Origin: Bacilli bacterium
GTDB taxonomy: Bacteria > Bacillota_I > Bacilli_A > RFN20 > CAG-826
Assembly: GCA_017940265.1 (NCBI GenBank)
Contig: JAGAYY010000025.1
Span: 64,711 to 128,710, forward strand
DNA length: 64,000 bases
Direction: 5' to 3'
Shown here: piece after piece, positions 1 to 9,093 of the stretch
How positions within the stretch are numbered: position 1 is the stretch's first letter
How the letters are laid out: each line of letters starts with the position of its first letter
Translations under genes and position numbers: made by a program
The notes under the pieces: model-generated
What the model was told of the DNA's origin: nothing
The model's input: the letters and a program-made list of their open reading frames with translations, nothing else
Databases searched by the model: none

Positions 1-414
1 TATGTTCGACATATCCAAGGTATTAAGATTCATACCGGAGGTGGCACTATAACTTTTGATGCTCCCAAATATAACAGAAATATATATTTAGATATTTCTG
101 GTGTTGCTTATGAATTACGAGCTTATGAAGAGAAAAAGAAAGTAAGCTGGATAGATTTGTTCCGAAAATTCGTAACAACATCTGGCTCTGATCTGAAACG
201 TTATTATAAGTTGAATGGATTCTTGGATCTGAGGAAGAGAGTTCAGAAAATAATGGATGAAATAACAGAAAAAGATATTAATGTTATAAATTCCATTACA
301 GAAGAACTTACTATAGGTAATAATTATATAGGAAGAGATAAGTTAACTGAATTTGCAGAAAATTATGTTGACATTAAAGTACGACGAGAAAGAAGATCTC
401 TATTACGAAGATAA
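1..414 (+). CDS. hypothetical protein, 5' end outside window
   Basis: Frame 1 is open from base 1 and continues into the listed 157..414 ORF; no diagnostic motif recognised. Confidence 0.45.
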   Translation, partial: YVRHIQGIKIHTGGGTITFDAPKYNRNIYLDISGVAYELRAYEEKKKVSWIDLFRKFVTTSGSDLKRYYKLNGFLDLRKRVQKIMDEITEKDINVINSITEELTIGNNYIGRDKLTEFAENYVDIKVRRERRSLLRR

Positions 415-712
415 ATCTGAAATCATTAAAATCTTTGTCGACCTTTTAGTAAAAATCTTTAAGGATACCCTTAGATCTAAAGAAGTATTCAACGTTGAAC
501 TCTTAGTTAGGCAAAATTTCCTAACTATCTTAGAAACTGATGGATATTTAGAATCTATTTTTGATCAACACTATCCATACTACCTAGATGAAGATGGGGA
601 ATATTATCAAGTAAGACTTCTAGAAGAAGAAATAATTGATAAAGTGATGAGTGAGATGGAATTAGTCGATATTGGATTAGATAAATACTTATGGATGACG
701 AAAAACTCTTAA
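365..712 (+). CDS. hypothetical protein
   Basis: ORF 353..712; the first plausible ATG is at 365. It overlaps the upstream ORF by about 50 nt, so a frameshifted fusion cannot be excluded. Confidence 0.4.
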   Translation: MLTLKYDEKEDLYYEDKSEIIKIFVDLLVKIFKDTLRSKEVFNVELLVRQNFLTILETDGYLESIFDQHYPYYLDEDGEYYQVRLLEEEIIDKVMSEMELVDIGLDKYLWMTKNS

Positions 713-1014
713 CTATTGATATTCTTGGAAGACTAGGATGGATGAACCTGGAAGTAATGTATGAAGGAAAAAGATATCCAGTTTTTGGGTATGGGGCTGG
801 AAGATTAGAACTTCTGTCTTCTAGGTTTGCATCGTTTACACTTCCGGTAGCTCCTTTAATCCGAGAAGTTAAGCCATATTTGAGAGAATTAACCGAGGCA
901 GATAAGATAACTCTGGGGAAATTCTCGGAGCCATATGAGAAAGTTGATTGGATGAATAAAAATAATATTGATTATCGTGGACTTATCAAGAAAGGACTTG
1001 CAGTTATTATTTAG
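691..1014 (+). CDS. hypothetical protein
   Basis: 107-aa ORF in a co-directional packed block; no motif recognised. Confidence 0.5.
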   Translation: MDDEKLLTIDILGRLGWMNLEVMYEGKRYPVFGYGAGRLELLSSRFASFTLPVAPLIREVKPYLRELTEADKITLGKFSEPYEKVDWMNKNNIDYRGLIKKGLAVII

Positions 1015-1264
1015 GATTCCAGATGAAGAACTAAGGATAACCGACAATGGAAGACTAACTATTAAAGGAAACCTAAATCATTGTACAAATGATGACTGTA
1101 AGATTAGAACTAAATGTCTATGGTATAAACTAATGTGTGATTTCTATTCTTGGTCAAATGGAATAGAAACTGGTAGTGATAAATGTATGGGATATAGAGA
1201 AAATAAGTTCCCAGACAGATTAAATCTTTATTCTATTGAGAGGTGGAAAAAAAGAAGATTATGA
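968..1264 (+). CDS. Cys-rich small protein, tandem paralog family A (1 of 5)
   Basis: Shares RL-x-I...C-x4-C-x5-C-L...C...FP-x2-LNL-x2-IE-x-W with the next four ORFs. Confidence 0.6.
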   Translation: MIIVDLSRKDLQLLFRIPDEELRITDNGRLTIKGNLNHCTNDDCKIRTKCLWYKLMCDFYSWSNGIETGSDKCMGYRENKFPDRLNLYSIERWKKRRL

Positions 1265-1578
1265 TCAATACCTCGAAGAAATTATTAGGACTTATCGGAC
1301 GTAGTGATCTTAGAATATTATCCAGTCATAGGATTGGGATTTCTAGAAAGATTACTTTTTGTTCTGGTGGCTGTGCTTTATCGGCGAAGTGTTTATCCCG
1401 TCGTTTAGGTTGTTCTGATAAATGGGGAGATTCCATTATCGTTGGAGTAAGTGGACTGATTCCTTCTTGTTTTAGAGAAGATAGGTTTCCGAAAGAATTA
1501 AACCTGACCAGGATAGAAGACTGGGAAGAGGTGGTTTATCGAAGATACTTAGAGAAAATTCTTGAGACGTATGATTGA
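1261..1578 (+). CDS. Cys-rich small protein, family A (2 of 5)
   Basis: CSGGCALSAKCL...FPKELNLTRIEDW; the ATG at 1261 overlaps the upstream TGA (an alternative start is 1243). Confidence 0.6.
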   Translation: MINTSKKLLGLIGRSDLRILSSHRIGISRKITFCSGGCALSAKCLSRRLGCSDKWGDSIIVGVSGLIPSCFREDRFPKELNLTRIEDWEEVVYRRYLEKILETYD

Positions 1579-1879
1579 AGTTCCTATCGAAGAGATCAAT
1601 GTTTCTGAGAAAAATCGTCTTTTACTTCCGAAGGCTTTGGGTTTATGTGATGGAGGTAATTGTATTAGAGCAGAATTATGTCTAAGACACTATCTATATA
1701 TGTGTTTCTTCAATACTACCTACCCCATCAGTAACTATAGATCTGGGCTAGGGAAAGATTGTTTGGTAAGAATTCCAGAAAATGTGGTAGGAATACTAAA
1801 CCCGGATCGACTAGACGAAACCGAGTATAAGGAATTAGAACCATGGATAATAAAAACATACAACTGGAGATTGCCTTAA
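1571..1879 (+). CDS. Cys-rich small protein, family A (3 of 5, divergent C-terminus)
   Basis: RLLLPKALGLCDGGNCIRAELCL matches the family core; the start overlaps the upstream stop (ATGATTGA). Confidence 0.55.
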   Translation: MIEVPIEEINVSEKNRLLLPKALGLCDGGNCIRAELCLRHYLYMCFFNTTYPISNYRSGLGKDCLVRIPENVVGILNPDRLDETEYKELEPWIIKTYNWRLP

Positions 1880-2214
1880 GGGCTAAGCTCGAAGATATTA
1901 GGTTGTTAGATAATTGGCGCCTAGATCTTCCCGGCCGTGTATGTTTATGTGGTGAAGAATGTATAATGTCAGGGGATTGCATTAGAAGAAAACTTATGGT
2001 TGGTTTTGATCCCAGTAAACACCATAAGGATAGAGAAATTACATATATTAAAAATTTATCTGGTGAATTTCCTTGTTACCTTAAATCAGAATTTATCGGC
2101 CGGATCTGTTATTGGCGCCTAGGAGATTTACAACCAGAAAACTACGAGCTCATTAAACCTGATATATACAAATTATATGAAGACAATATTAGAGAGGCTA
2201 CTAGGAATAAATGA
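1843..2214 (+). CDS. Cys-rich small protein, family A (4 of 5)
   Basis: RLDLPGRVCLCGEECIMSGDCI matches the family core; 37-nt overlap with the upstream member. Confidence 0.55.
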   Translation: MDNKNIQLEIALRAKLEDIRLLDNWRLDLPGRVCLCGEECIMSGDCIRRKLMVGFDPSKHHKDREITYIKNLSGEFPCYLKSEFIGRICYWRLGDLQPENYELIKPDIYKLYEDNIREATRNK

Positions 2215-2539
2215 CCTAGAACTAATGATGACTAAGGGAGATAGACTAGACCTTCCGGGATGGATTAAAGAAAGCAAGTCAACTTATCCCTGCAAAAATA
2301 AACTTTGTCAAAATAGAGGATATTGCCTAAGAGGAAAACTCTATGATGATTTAGAAAAAGTAGAAAAACATGTTACTTGCGGGTCTTGGATAAGAAGTAC
2401 GTCGGAAGCAAAAGACTGTGGAGGTATTAAACACGATTTCCCTGAGAACCTTAATTTATGGGAAATAGATAATTGGACAAACACAGAATATGATGAACAA
2501 CTTGATAATTTAATTTGGTTATATGAAATTAACAGATAA
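2177..2539 (+). CDS. Cys-rich small protein, family A (5 of 5)
   Basis: RLDLPG...CKNKLCQNRGYCL...FPENLNLWEIDNW. Confidence 0.6.
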   Translation: MKTILERLLGINDLELMMTKGDRLDLPGWIKESKSTYPCKNKLCQNRGYCLRGKLYDDLEKVEKHVTCGSWIRSTSEAKDCGGIKHDFPENLNLWEIDNWTNTEYDEQLDNLIWLYEINR

Positions 2540-3047
2540 GTATGTATTTTTCTGGGCTTCAATTTTAGGTAATTGGAGCAAAGTTAAGGATGGAATTATA
2601 GTACCAGCCAAGTATAGTTTGAATGGAGAAGAAGATTTTAAGGTTCCAACATCAGAACACCTTTTCATGTTCTTGAAGGCTAAATTCTTTGGTGATTTCG
2701 AAGTGGCTAAAGCAATTCTCGACACTCCAGACCCCAAGACTGCCAAGAAATTAGGTCGGGCAGTTAGAGGTTTTAATGAGAAAAAGTGGGAAGAATATAG
2801 GGAGAAAGCTATGTGGATAGCTATTGAGCTTAGGTATATATCAGATCAACGATTCAGAGATTATCTAGGGAAACCAGAATTTGAGGGTAAAAAATTCGTT
2901 GAGGCTAATCCATATGATAAAATTTGGTCATGTGGTTACCTAGAAGATGATCCACGAGTAGACCTTCCAGAAGAAACTTGGCCTGGATTAAATCTTCTTG
3001 GCCACTTACTTGATAAACTTAGAGAAAAATATGTTAAATCATCCTGA
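2523..3047 (+). CDS. NADAR (YbiA/DUF1768) family protein
   Basis: FFW...LGNWS, SEHLFMFLKAKFFGD, KTAKKLGR, and WSCG near the C-terminus fit the NADAR/YbiA pattern. Confidence 0.75.
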   Translation: MKLTDKYVFFWASILGNWSKVKDGIIVPAKYSLNGEEDFKVPTSEHLFMFLKAKFFGDFEVAKAILDTPDPKTAKKLGRAVRGFNEKKWEEYREKAMWIAIELRYISDQRFRDYLGKPEFEGKKFVEANPYDKIWSCGYLEDDPRVDLPEETWPGLNLLGHLLDKLREKYVKSS

Positions 3048-3390
3048 ACATATCTGGCTAGAAGATATAATATATTGTCCTACCCAGATAGATTACTACT
3101 TCACTGATCCAGAAGATAAAAGATGGTGCCTCTATATAAGACAAAGAGGAGGGCCAGAAGCTACCATGGAATTAGTGGAGTGTGACGAGAATCAAGAATT
3201 TAGTGATTTTCCTTGGGAGAGAATTCTAACTAGTGAATCTTATGACATTAATGGTCAAAGAAGTCAGGAAGATGAAGATCGAGTTATTATGGAAATTGAA
3301 TCAGAGGGACTATGTTTCTTGAAGCAAAGATTCCCTGGGGTTAATTTCCCTGAAACTCCCGAGAGAAAATCCAGAACACTATGGAAATAA
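3031..3390 (+). CDS. hypothetical protein
   Basis: ORF 2998..3390; the ATG at 3031 gives a 17-nt overlap with the upstream gene. Confidence 0.5.
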   Translation: MLNHPEHIWLEDIIYCPTQIDYYFTDPEDKRWCLYIRQRGGPEATMELVECDENQEFSDFPWERILTSESYDINGQRSQEDEDRVIMEIESEGLCFLKQRFPGVNFPETPERKSRTLWK

Positions 3391-3704
3391 AGAGCTTCGG
3401 CTCTTTTAATTTCCTTATTAATGTTATGAATGAAGAAAAAATAGGATTTGTTTTAGCAAAAGCTAGAAACTTAGTCTATTATGTTTCCATTGATACAAGA
3501 CCTAGAGCTACTTATATACATGCTGTCCGAGAACTCCGTGAGGAAATGAAATCAATACTTGGAGATCTAGTAGGGACAGACTTATATAATATACTCTTAG
3601 ACATTATTCGTTCTTGTCCAAAGAAGATAACAGCCGAACAATGTAAGCCTTGGATCATTGGAACACTAAAACAAAAATTAGAGGAATATGGGATCGCTGA
3701 ATAA
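3381..3704 (+). CDS. hypothetical protein
   Basis: 107-aa ORF; the start overlaps the upstream stop. Confidence 0.5.
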   Translation: MEIKSFGSFNFLINVMNEEKIGFVLAKARNLVYYVSIDTRPRATYIHAVRELREEMKSILGDLVGTDLYNILLDIIRSCPKKITAEQCKPWIIGTLKQKLEEYGIAE

Positions 3705-4077
3705 AAAAATCAGACGGGAAGCTCGACATCAGAGAAATATCCAGAAAGAACTAGACCATAAAAAAGCGGCATGGGAAGCTGGAAAACTGATCGAAGAGAA
3801 TCACAACAACAATCCTTACTCCGCAGAATATACGTCAGGTCTAGAACGCCGACTTATAGAAATTATCGGAGATATAAGAACTAAGTCGGAAACTTACTCT
3901 GACGTAAAATCTCGGAGTGATTATGTGTTGTTTAGATTTAGGGCGTATAGAAAGAAAATTCAGGATTTTATTCTACATTATAACCCTGAGCTCTCTAAGA
4001 CAGAAGGATACGAACAACTTAAACGCCTTCTAGAAGTATATTGGGATAATCCGGATGACCTATGGAAAGAGTTTTAA
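3688..4077 (+). CDS. hypothetical protein
   Basis: 129-aa ORF in the packed block. Confidence 0.5.
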   Translation: MGSLNKKIRREARHQRNIQKELDHKKAAWEAGKLIEENHNNNPYSAEYTSGLERRLIEIIGDIRTKSETYSDVKSRSDYVLFRFRAYRKKIQDFILHYNPELSKTEGYEQLKRLLEVYWDNPDDLWKEF

Positions 4078-4325
4078 AAGAATTCACTAGTAATATTGAA
4101 GTTACTCCTACCGGATATTCTAAAATGGAAATAACAGTAAAAACTTTCGTGGTTATAAAGAAAGTTAAGATGCCGGGAAGATTCAAACTAAAACTCCTCC
4201 CATTTCCACCTAGAGCATGGGTAGAACCTGATGAAACAAGAATTCGATATGAAATTATTCAACTTCTTCCTAAATATGAAGATGAATATTCTTTTGTTGC
4301 TAGAAATGTAAAAAAAATGCCATAA
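4062..4325 (+). CDS. hypothetical protein
   Basis: 87-aa ORF; contains LLPFPPRAW, weakly similar to LTLFPPKYH in the next ORF. Confidence 0.45.
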   Translation: MERVLKEFTSNIEVTPTGYSKMEITVKTFVVIKKVKMPGRFKLKLLPFPPRAWVEPDETRIRYEIIQLLPKYEDEYSFVARNVKKMP

Positions 4326-4391
4326 AAATTATATCATCCGAAGATATGAATAGAGCTAAAGAATGGCTACTAAAAGAAAGAGAGGTTGATT

Positions 4392-4694
4392 ATGAAAACC
4401 AAGACTGAAATTATCTACAAGAATCAGACTCCCTTGGTAATGGAAGTCTGGTGGAAAAAAGAAGTAGTAACCATTAATACTTTGGTTCTTAAGAAAACAG
4501 TTATTAAAGGAGGCCTCACGCTTTTCCCACCTAAATATCACAGGAAAGGTGATGTTTCTTATGAGGTAACACAGAAAGTCGAGAATAAGAGGCATGCAAT
4601 GGGAACTTATTCTTCGGAGGATTTTCTTAAGACTAGATTACTAAGAGAAAAAGATCGTGCTAGAAATTGGTTATACCTGGAAAAAGGAATATGA
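4392..4694 (+). CDS. hypothetical protein
   Basis: ORF 4386..4694; the first ATG is at 4392. Confidence 0.45.
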   Translation: MKTKTEIIYKNQTPLVMEVWWKKEVVTINTLVLKKTVIKGGLTLFPPKYHRKGDVSYEVTQKVENKRHAMGTYSSEDFLKTRLLREKDRARNWLYLEKGI

Positions 4695-5149
4695 TTAACG
4701 ACGATACAATTATTAAAATAGAAAGGCTTAGGGGATTTAAACGTACCTGGCCTGAACAAACTAATCGAGTAAAATCTAGACTACAATGGGTTAGAGAAGG
4801 ATTTCCCGGGATTAGAAATGATCACTTAGACCTAACTACCTATGCAAGAATAAAAACTGGCTCTTTGTATATATGGGATCCTTACTTAGAAAAAGGATTT
4901 GGCTTTGGTGATGAAGCTCCCCTGATGTTAAAAGACCTAGGAAATGGAAAATCTGAGGTTATTGGTATAGGAAAGGGCTCAGATAGTAAAAGAGATCCTA
5001 CCCGAACTCTTATACGTTGGAAAGATATAATTCCAACTCCTATCATTGCCCCAAGCGAATTAGTTTTGAGAGTTAATCCAAAACCAACTCTCAATGGTGG
5101 ATCCGCATACTATTATTTTTATAAATCCCCCCGAGATCAACGTGATTGA
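4691..5149 (+). CDS. hypothetical protein
   Basis: ORF 4667..5149; the ATG at 4691 forms an ATGA overlap with the upstream stop. Confidence 0.5.
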   Translation: MINDDTIIKIERLRGFKRTWPEQTNRVKSRLQWVREGFPGIRNDHLDLTTYARIKTGSLYIWDPYLEKGFGFGDEAPLMLKDLGNGKSEVIGIGKGSDSKRDPTRTLIRWKDIIPTPIIAPSELVLRVNPKPTLNGGSAYYYFYKSPRDQRD

Positions 5150-5459
5150 TAGAGATTGGACATGGAGTACTACAGATCAGTGGAAAATTAGTATAAAAAT
5201 AATTCCATCAGAGCAAATTAGAACTAGGTTATTTCAAATTATTAAAAAATTCGATACTAACCTTGAATTTGGTTTTAAAATTGCGGATGGTGGATATAAC
5301 TCTTGTAGTTTCTTTATAATTCATGAAGAAAGTAATACAAAATTAATACTAACCTGGAATCAAGAAGCAGAAACATTAGGTGGCTATGATCTTAATGATA
5401 AAGAGCTTGAAAATACTATTGCTTTCTGGATGATAAATACTCTAAATGATAGGTGCTGA
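5094..5459 (+). CDS. hypothetical protein
   Basis: 121-aa ORF; the start is uncertain (a GTG at 5142 would give a GTGATTGA overlap). Confidence 0.45.
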   Translation: MVDPHTIIFINPPEINVIDRDWTWSTTDQWKISIKIIPSEQIRTRLFQIIKKFDTNLEFGFKIADGGYNSCSFFIIHEESNTKLILTWNQEAETLGGYDLNDKELENTIAFWMINTLNDRC

Positions 5460-5973
5460 TATTAAAGAGATCTTAGAAAATCACTTATATACAGAAATAA
5501 CAAATATCGACCGGAGATCAGGAGCTTGGCATTACAGATTTACACCAAGATTACATTCTCTGGTTGGATATTTTATTAAACCTACTTATTATGGTGCTTA
5601 CATAGAATTATATGCTTATGAATCTCTTAGTAAAAATCAAGTAAGTTTTAATCTAATCGAAATAGATGAGGTGGATTCCTTAGAGGACTGGTTATTCAAA
5701 ATAGAATATAAGTATATTATTTTGGATAATTTAGTTAAAGAAATGATTGATGAAGGTATCTTAGAGAGAACTTACAAAAAGAAAGATCCTTATACCGTTT
5801 TCATCCGAGAAGATGGTTTTGACTTTTATCTCCCTGAACAGAAATATAGAGTTTGGATAGGACTTTCTAAGGATGATACTGTTTATTCAATAGGATATGG
5901 AAGAAACAGAGAAGATTTTACCGGATCTAGAAGCTTATTTAGAAGAATCCAAGAAATCATTGCAATATCCTGA
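5446..5973 (+). CDS. small-module protein, tandem family B (two modules)
   Basis: C-terminal half (...YRVWIGL...RRIQEIIAIS-stop) parallels the C-terminal half of the next ORF. Confidence 0.5.
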   Translation: MIGADIKEILENHLYTEITNIDRRSGAWHYRFTPRLHSLVGYFIKPTYYGAYIELYAYESLSKNQVSFNLIEIDEVDSLEDWLFKIEYKYIILDNLVKEMIDEGILERTYKKKDPYTVFIREDGFDFYLPEQKYRVWIGLSKDDTVYSIGYGRNREDFTGSRSLFRRIQEIIAIS

Positions 5974-6439
5974 ATGTATTACACGTTTAGGATTTGTAAT
6001 TCTTGGGTTAACTAATAATGGAGTTTGTTTTTGTTATGGACTTCAGCTCCATGATGGCGTATCTCTCACTTTCTTATATGATGGTCAAGAAATAAAAGCT
6101 AATATTCTAGGTAGAAACTCTAATGGATATACAATATATACGGGATCTAATATTGAAGATGCACTTCAGAAAATTATAGGGTTGTATGAGAAGTTGTGGA
6201 AAATAAGAGACTACCTAATAAAAAATGATTACCTGGATCCCAATATAGTTAATGAATACTCGGTAGGTGTAGAAGGAGATAGACTTGTAATCATATTATC
6301 TACTAGAGTTGTTTATTGTTCTCTTGGTGTTACTTCCAAAGGTCTTATGTTTCGTCTATCATACAAAGGATCTATTCAATACTATAAAAATCCAGAAGTG
6401 GTAATTAATAAAGTAATAAATCTAATTGCTATATCATGA
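5897..6439 (+). CDS. small-module protein, family B (two modules)
   Basis: Ends ...INKVINLIAIS-stop, like the upstream member; 77-nt overlap, so the start is uncertain. Confidence 0.45.
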   Translation: MEETEKILPDLEAYLEESKKSLQYPECITRLGFVILGLTNNGVCFCYGLQLHDGVSLTFLYDGQEIKANILGRNSNGYTIYTGSNIEDALQKIIGLYEKLWKIRDYLIKNDYLDPNIVNEYSVGVEGDRLVIILSTRVVYCSLGVTSKGLMFRLSYKGSIQYYKNPEVVINKVINLIAIS

Positions 6440-6696
6440 AAATTCTCCTAGACCTAATTCTTAAAAAAACTGCACTAGAACTAAAAGATGGATATTTGAA
6501 GTGGGAAGGAGATGAATATATGATTTCGTATGAACCTGACATGTTACAATTTAAAACTTCTGAAAATACCTATTATCAGGTAGATCCAGGTTACACACTA
6601 AGGACGATAGCGGGAACTTTACTCTATCAAACAAGAGATCCAGAGGAAATGGCTACTTATATATCAGGACTATGCATTGGATTACAGAACTATTAA
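6436..6696 (+). CDS. small-module protein, family B
   Basis: 86 aa; DGYLKWEGDEYMISY core; ATGA overlap. Confidence 0.5.
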   Translation: MKILLDLILKKTALELKDGYLKWEGDEYMISYEPDMLQFKTSENTYYQVDPGYTLRTIAGTLLYQTRDPEEMATYISGLCIGLQNY

Positions 6697-6941
6697 TATC
6701 TAGATTCAGTCTTTGGTTAGATGTAGAAAATCCTGAAGATGAGTTAGAGCCTTATCATATCTGGGAAGAACCGGGATTAATAGTTTTCCGACTTTCAGAT
6801 AACCATTATATGATTAAAGAAACTCATAATGGCTATATTAAAATATGGAAAGAAGGAGGAAAATACTTAGGGAAACGGAAACCAAAAGAGTTTATTAATT
6901 ACCTAACTATCATAGTATTGAATGATGGAGGAGATTTATAA
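6672..6941 (+). CDS. small-module protein, family B
   Basis: 89 aa; PYHIWEEPGLIVFRL...YMIKE core. Confidence 0.45.
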   Translation: MHWITELLISRFSLWLDVENPEDELEPYHIWEEPGLIVFRLSDNHYMIKETHNGYIKIWKEGGKYLGKRKPKEFINYLTIIVLNDGGDL

Positions 6942-7194
6942 TAGTCTTTCAAAGAAACTAGACTTAATAAAAATAGGGGAAGTAAAAAATGTTGATCTAC
7001 TTCCAGACTACTCCATCTCAACATATAAATATACTAATACAGTTATAATTAAGATTCCGAAACTATGGCTATACTTAAGAGCCGATAGTTTAGTAATAGA
7101 GGGATTGAATGATGAACACGTAATTATAAATTATGGAAAATATAGTACTGCCGAAGATCTTGGGACCGAAGCAATTAGGATATTATTCAATTAA
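6922..7194 (+). CDS. small-module protein, family B
   Basis: 90 aa; same size class and the same alternating beta-like pattern. Confidence 0.45.
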   Translation: MMEEIYNSLSKKLDLIKIGEVKNVDLLPDYSISTYKYTNTVIIKIPKLWLYLRADSLVIEGLNDEHVIINYGKYSTAEDLGTEAIRILFN

Positions 7195-7435
7195 GGCCGA
7201 TATAATTCAATACCTCGAATCTTTAGATTTTCGCAGAGTAAAAAATATCAAAAGTGCCGGAGATTATAAGGACTTTGGAGATGAGTTAGTTATTAAAACC
7301 GGATATCATAGGGTTTTGTGCCTTCTATTCAAAAATACTGGAGAGGTCTATATAGATTCAGATAGATTTCCAATCCAGGCCTATAATATCTCTGAAACTA
7401 AAGATATTATTTTTAAAGATATATGGATGAATTAG
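7133..7435 (+). CDS. small-module protein, family B
   Basis: 100 aa; YLESLDFRR helix followed by DELVIKTGYHRVLCL; start uncertain. Confidence 0.45.
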   Translation: MENIVLPKILGPKQLGYYSIKADIIQYLESLDFRRVKNIKSAGDYKDFGDELVIKTGYHRVLCLLFKNTGEVYIDSDRFPIQAYNISETKDIIFKDIWMN

Positions 7436-7659
7436 AAAAACTCTTTGAGGAATTGGGAATAGAAATTAATCGAAGATATAAAGATGGAACATTAGAAATA
7501 GAAATCCATAATCTATTCTTACAGGTTTATCCTACTGATCCTGGGAGATATTGCCTGAGGTACATAAATACTGAAGTAAAAGACAGTGGGAATTACATTG
7601 GCTGGATAGACATAAACGGAGTAAAATCCGAAATATTAAAAGCTATAATATGCTCTTAG
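7423..7659 (+). CDS. small-module protein, family B
   Basis: 78 aa; LFEELGIEI...RYCLRY...EILKAIICS-stop. Confidence 0.5.
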   Translation: MDELEKLFEELGIEINRRYKDGTLEIEIHNLFLQVYPTDPGRYCLRYINTEVKDSGNYIGWIDINGVKSEILKAIICS

Positions 7660-7898
7660 TAGAATTAATAGATGGGATGGGATTTATACCAGGTAGAGCA
7701 TCAAATCCCGGAGAATATGAAATATGGGGAGACATGGTTATACTATGTACGGAACACTCCAGAATTGAAATATCACCCCAAACCGAAAAATATAGGATCG
7801 AGCTAAGAGAGTGGGATAACTTCGGAAATGTATGGGTAGATTTCTTTGGGATTGATAAAATTAAAACCTTATTAGAAAACGAAATATGGAGAGAATAA
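7650..7898 (+). CDS. small-module protein, family B
   Basis: 82 aa; LIDGMGFIP...GEYEIWGD...YRIEL. Confidence 0.5.
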   Translation: MLLVELIDGMGFIPGRASNPGEYEIWGDMVILCTEHSRIEISPQTEKYRIELREWDNFGNVWVDFFGIDKIKTLLENEIWRE

Positions 7899-8593
7899 TT
7901 AAATGGCTGGATAAAAAAGGAGTAGTTAAGTACGATTTAAATCCGAAAGGCTTGTTTACAATTAAGTTTCCCGAATATAAAGTTTATATTCAATCAAGCC
8001 CTTATCACAAGAACTACGATTTTTTGATTGATTATGGTGGAGGAAATACAGTACATCATATATTTTCAAATCCAGAAACAGAGCTGAATGAACTTTGGAA
8101 ACTAACTGATATTAACCCAAAAACTGAGCTCTTAGAGGTTATCAGGTACCTAAAAGAAGACCTTGGTGTTGATGGATATGAAATTATAAATAATCTAAAG
8201 GTATTAATCTGGACACCTTACCAAAATAGATACACCCTAACCTGTAATCCTGAACTAGAAATGTGGGAAGGACTGATGAACAGGAAAAAAGTAGGAGAAG
8301 GCTTAGAAAATATTAAGACTAGACTCTATAATGAGATAATGTTTCAGAAAGTAGAGAAACACTTAGTAGAGATAGGATTTAAGAAAAAGTCTATATCCCC
8401 TGAAGAAGATGGTGAATATAAAATCTGGGATAATAACTCGATAATAGATGCTAAATTTCCGATAGGACTTGTTAGAATACATTGGGTTGGTTATCAGAAA
8501 GGCTACATAATTGAAACACCAACCACTAAAAGATATAATCTTGGATTGGAAGAAACAAAAACTTATCTCTTACAACTTGTAATGAATGTTTAG
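7886..8593 (+). CDS. small-module protein, family B (three modules fused)
   Basis: 235 aa with three successive helix-plus-beta modules (WLDKKGVV..., LKEDLGVDG..., LVEIGFKKK...GEYKIWDN...). Confidence 0.5.
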   Translation: MERIIKWLDKKGVVKYDLNPKGLFTIKFPEYKVYIQSSPYHKNYDFLIDYGGGNTVHHIFSNPETELNELWKLTDINPKTELLEVIRYLKEDLGVDGYEIINNLKVLIWTPYQNRYTLTCNPELEMWEGLMNRKKVGEGLENIKTRLYNEIMFQKVEKHLVEIGFKKKSISPEEDGEYKIWDNNSIIDAKFPIGLVRIHWVGYQKGYIIETPTTKRYNLGLEETKTYLLQLVMNV

Positions 8594-8855
8594 ATCTACG
8601 ATTATTGATCTAGGATTCAAAGAAATTATTGATAAAAGAATATGGTTCGAATCTCCAGAAGCTTATACCTTTTATGATTATGGTGAAGGATCAATTATGT
8701 TTAGGGTTAAAGAAGACCTCGGATATTGGTTCACCACTGGAAAGGACGGAACTTATATGATTGCTGGAACTAATGCCCAAAGATATCTGACTACCAATCC
8801 TTTCGAAATAATCCAAATAATTTCTTACCTCGTTCTCGTTGAGAGCGGGGATTAA
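8586..8855 (+). CDS. small-module protein, family B
   Basis: 89 aa; IIDLGFKEI...RIWFESPEAYTFYDY. Confidence 0.5.
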   Translation: MFRSTIIDLGFKEIIDKRIWFESPEAYTFYDYGEGSIMFRVKEDLGYWFTTGKDGTYMIAGTNAQRYLTTNPFEIIQIISYLVLVESGD

Positions 8856-9045
8856 TTTTTGTCCACTTTTTTTCGGCCAAGGGAACGAGGGAGTTAGCCC
8901 CTTAATGCCTATCTGCCGATATACGGCATTAAGGCCGCTGCGCGGAAGGCTAAAGCCATTGAACTCCTCCCCTATAAAATTTCCAATTTTTTGTGGAAAA
9001 AGCACTTGTATAGTATTTTCCCTATTTCTAGTTAATAAAATGGAC

Positions 9046-9093
9046 ATTTCACGCTTCTGAAGCCTTAATAACCTTATGAGTGATAATGATGGG
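9046..9093 (+). promoter_or_regulatory. copy of recurrent intergenic motif (ACGC..GAAGCcTTaAATAACCTTA..TGATGGG)
   Basis: Aligns with the copies at 14368, 29583 and 50001; lies about 80 nt upstream of the helicase-like gene start. Confidence 0.45.

Noticed and set aside
353-414. Possible fourth frameshift fusing <1..414 with 365..712
   Set aside because: The upstream ORF ends in a basic junk-like tail (RRERRSLLRR), which is suggestive. There is no homolog to align against and no clear homopolymer, so it cannot be supported from sequence alone.
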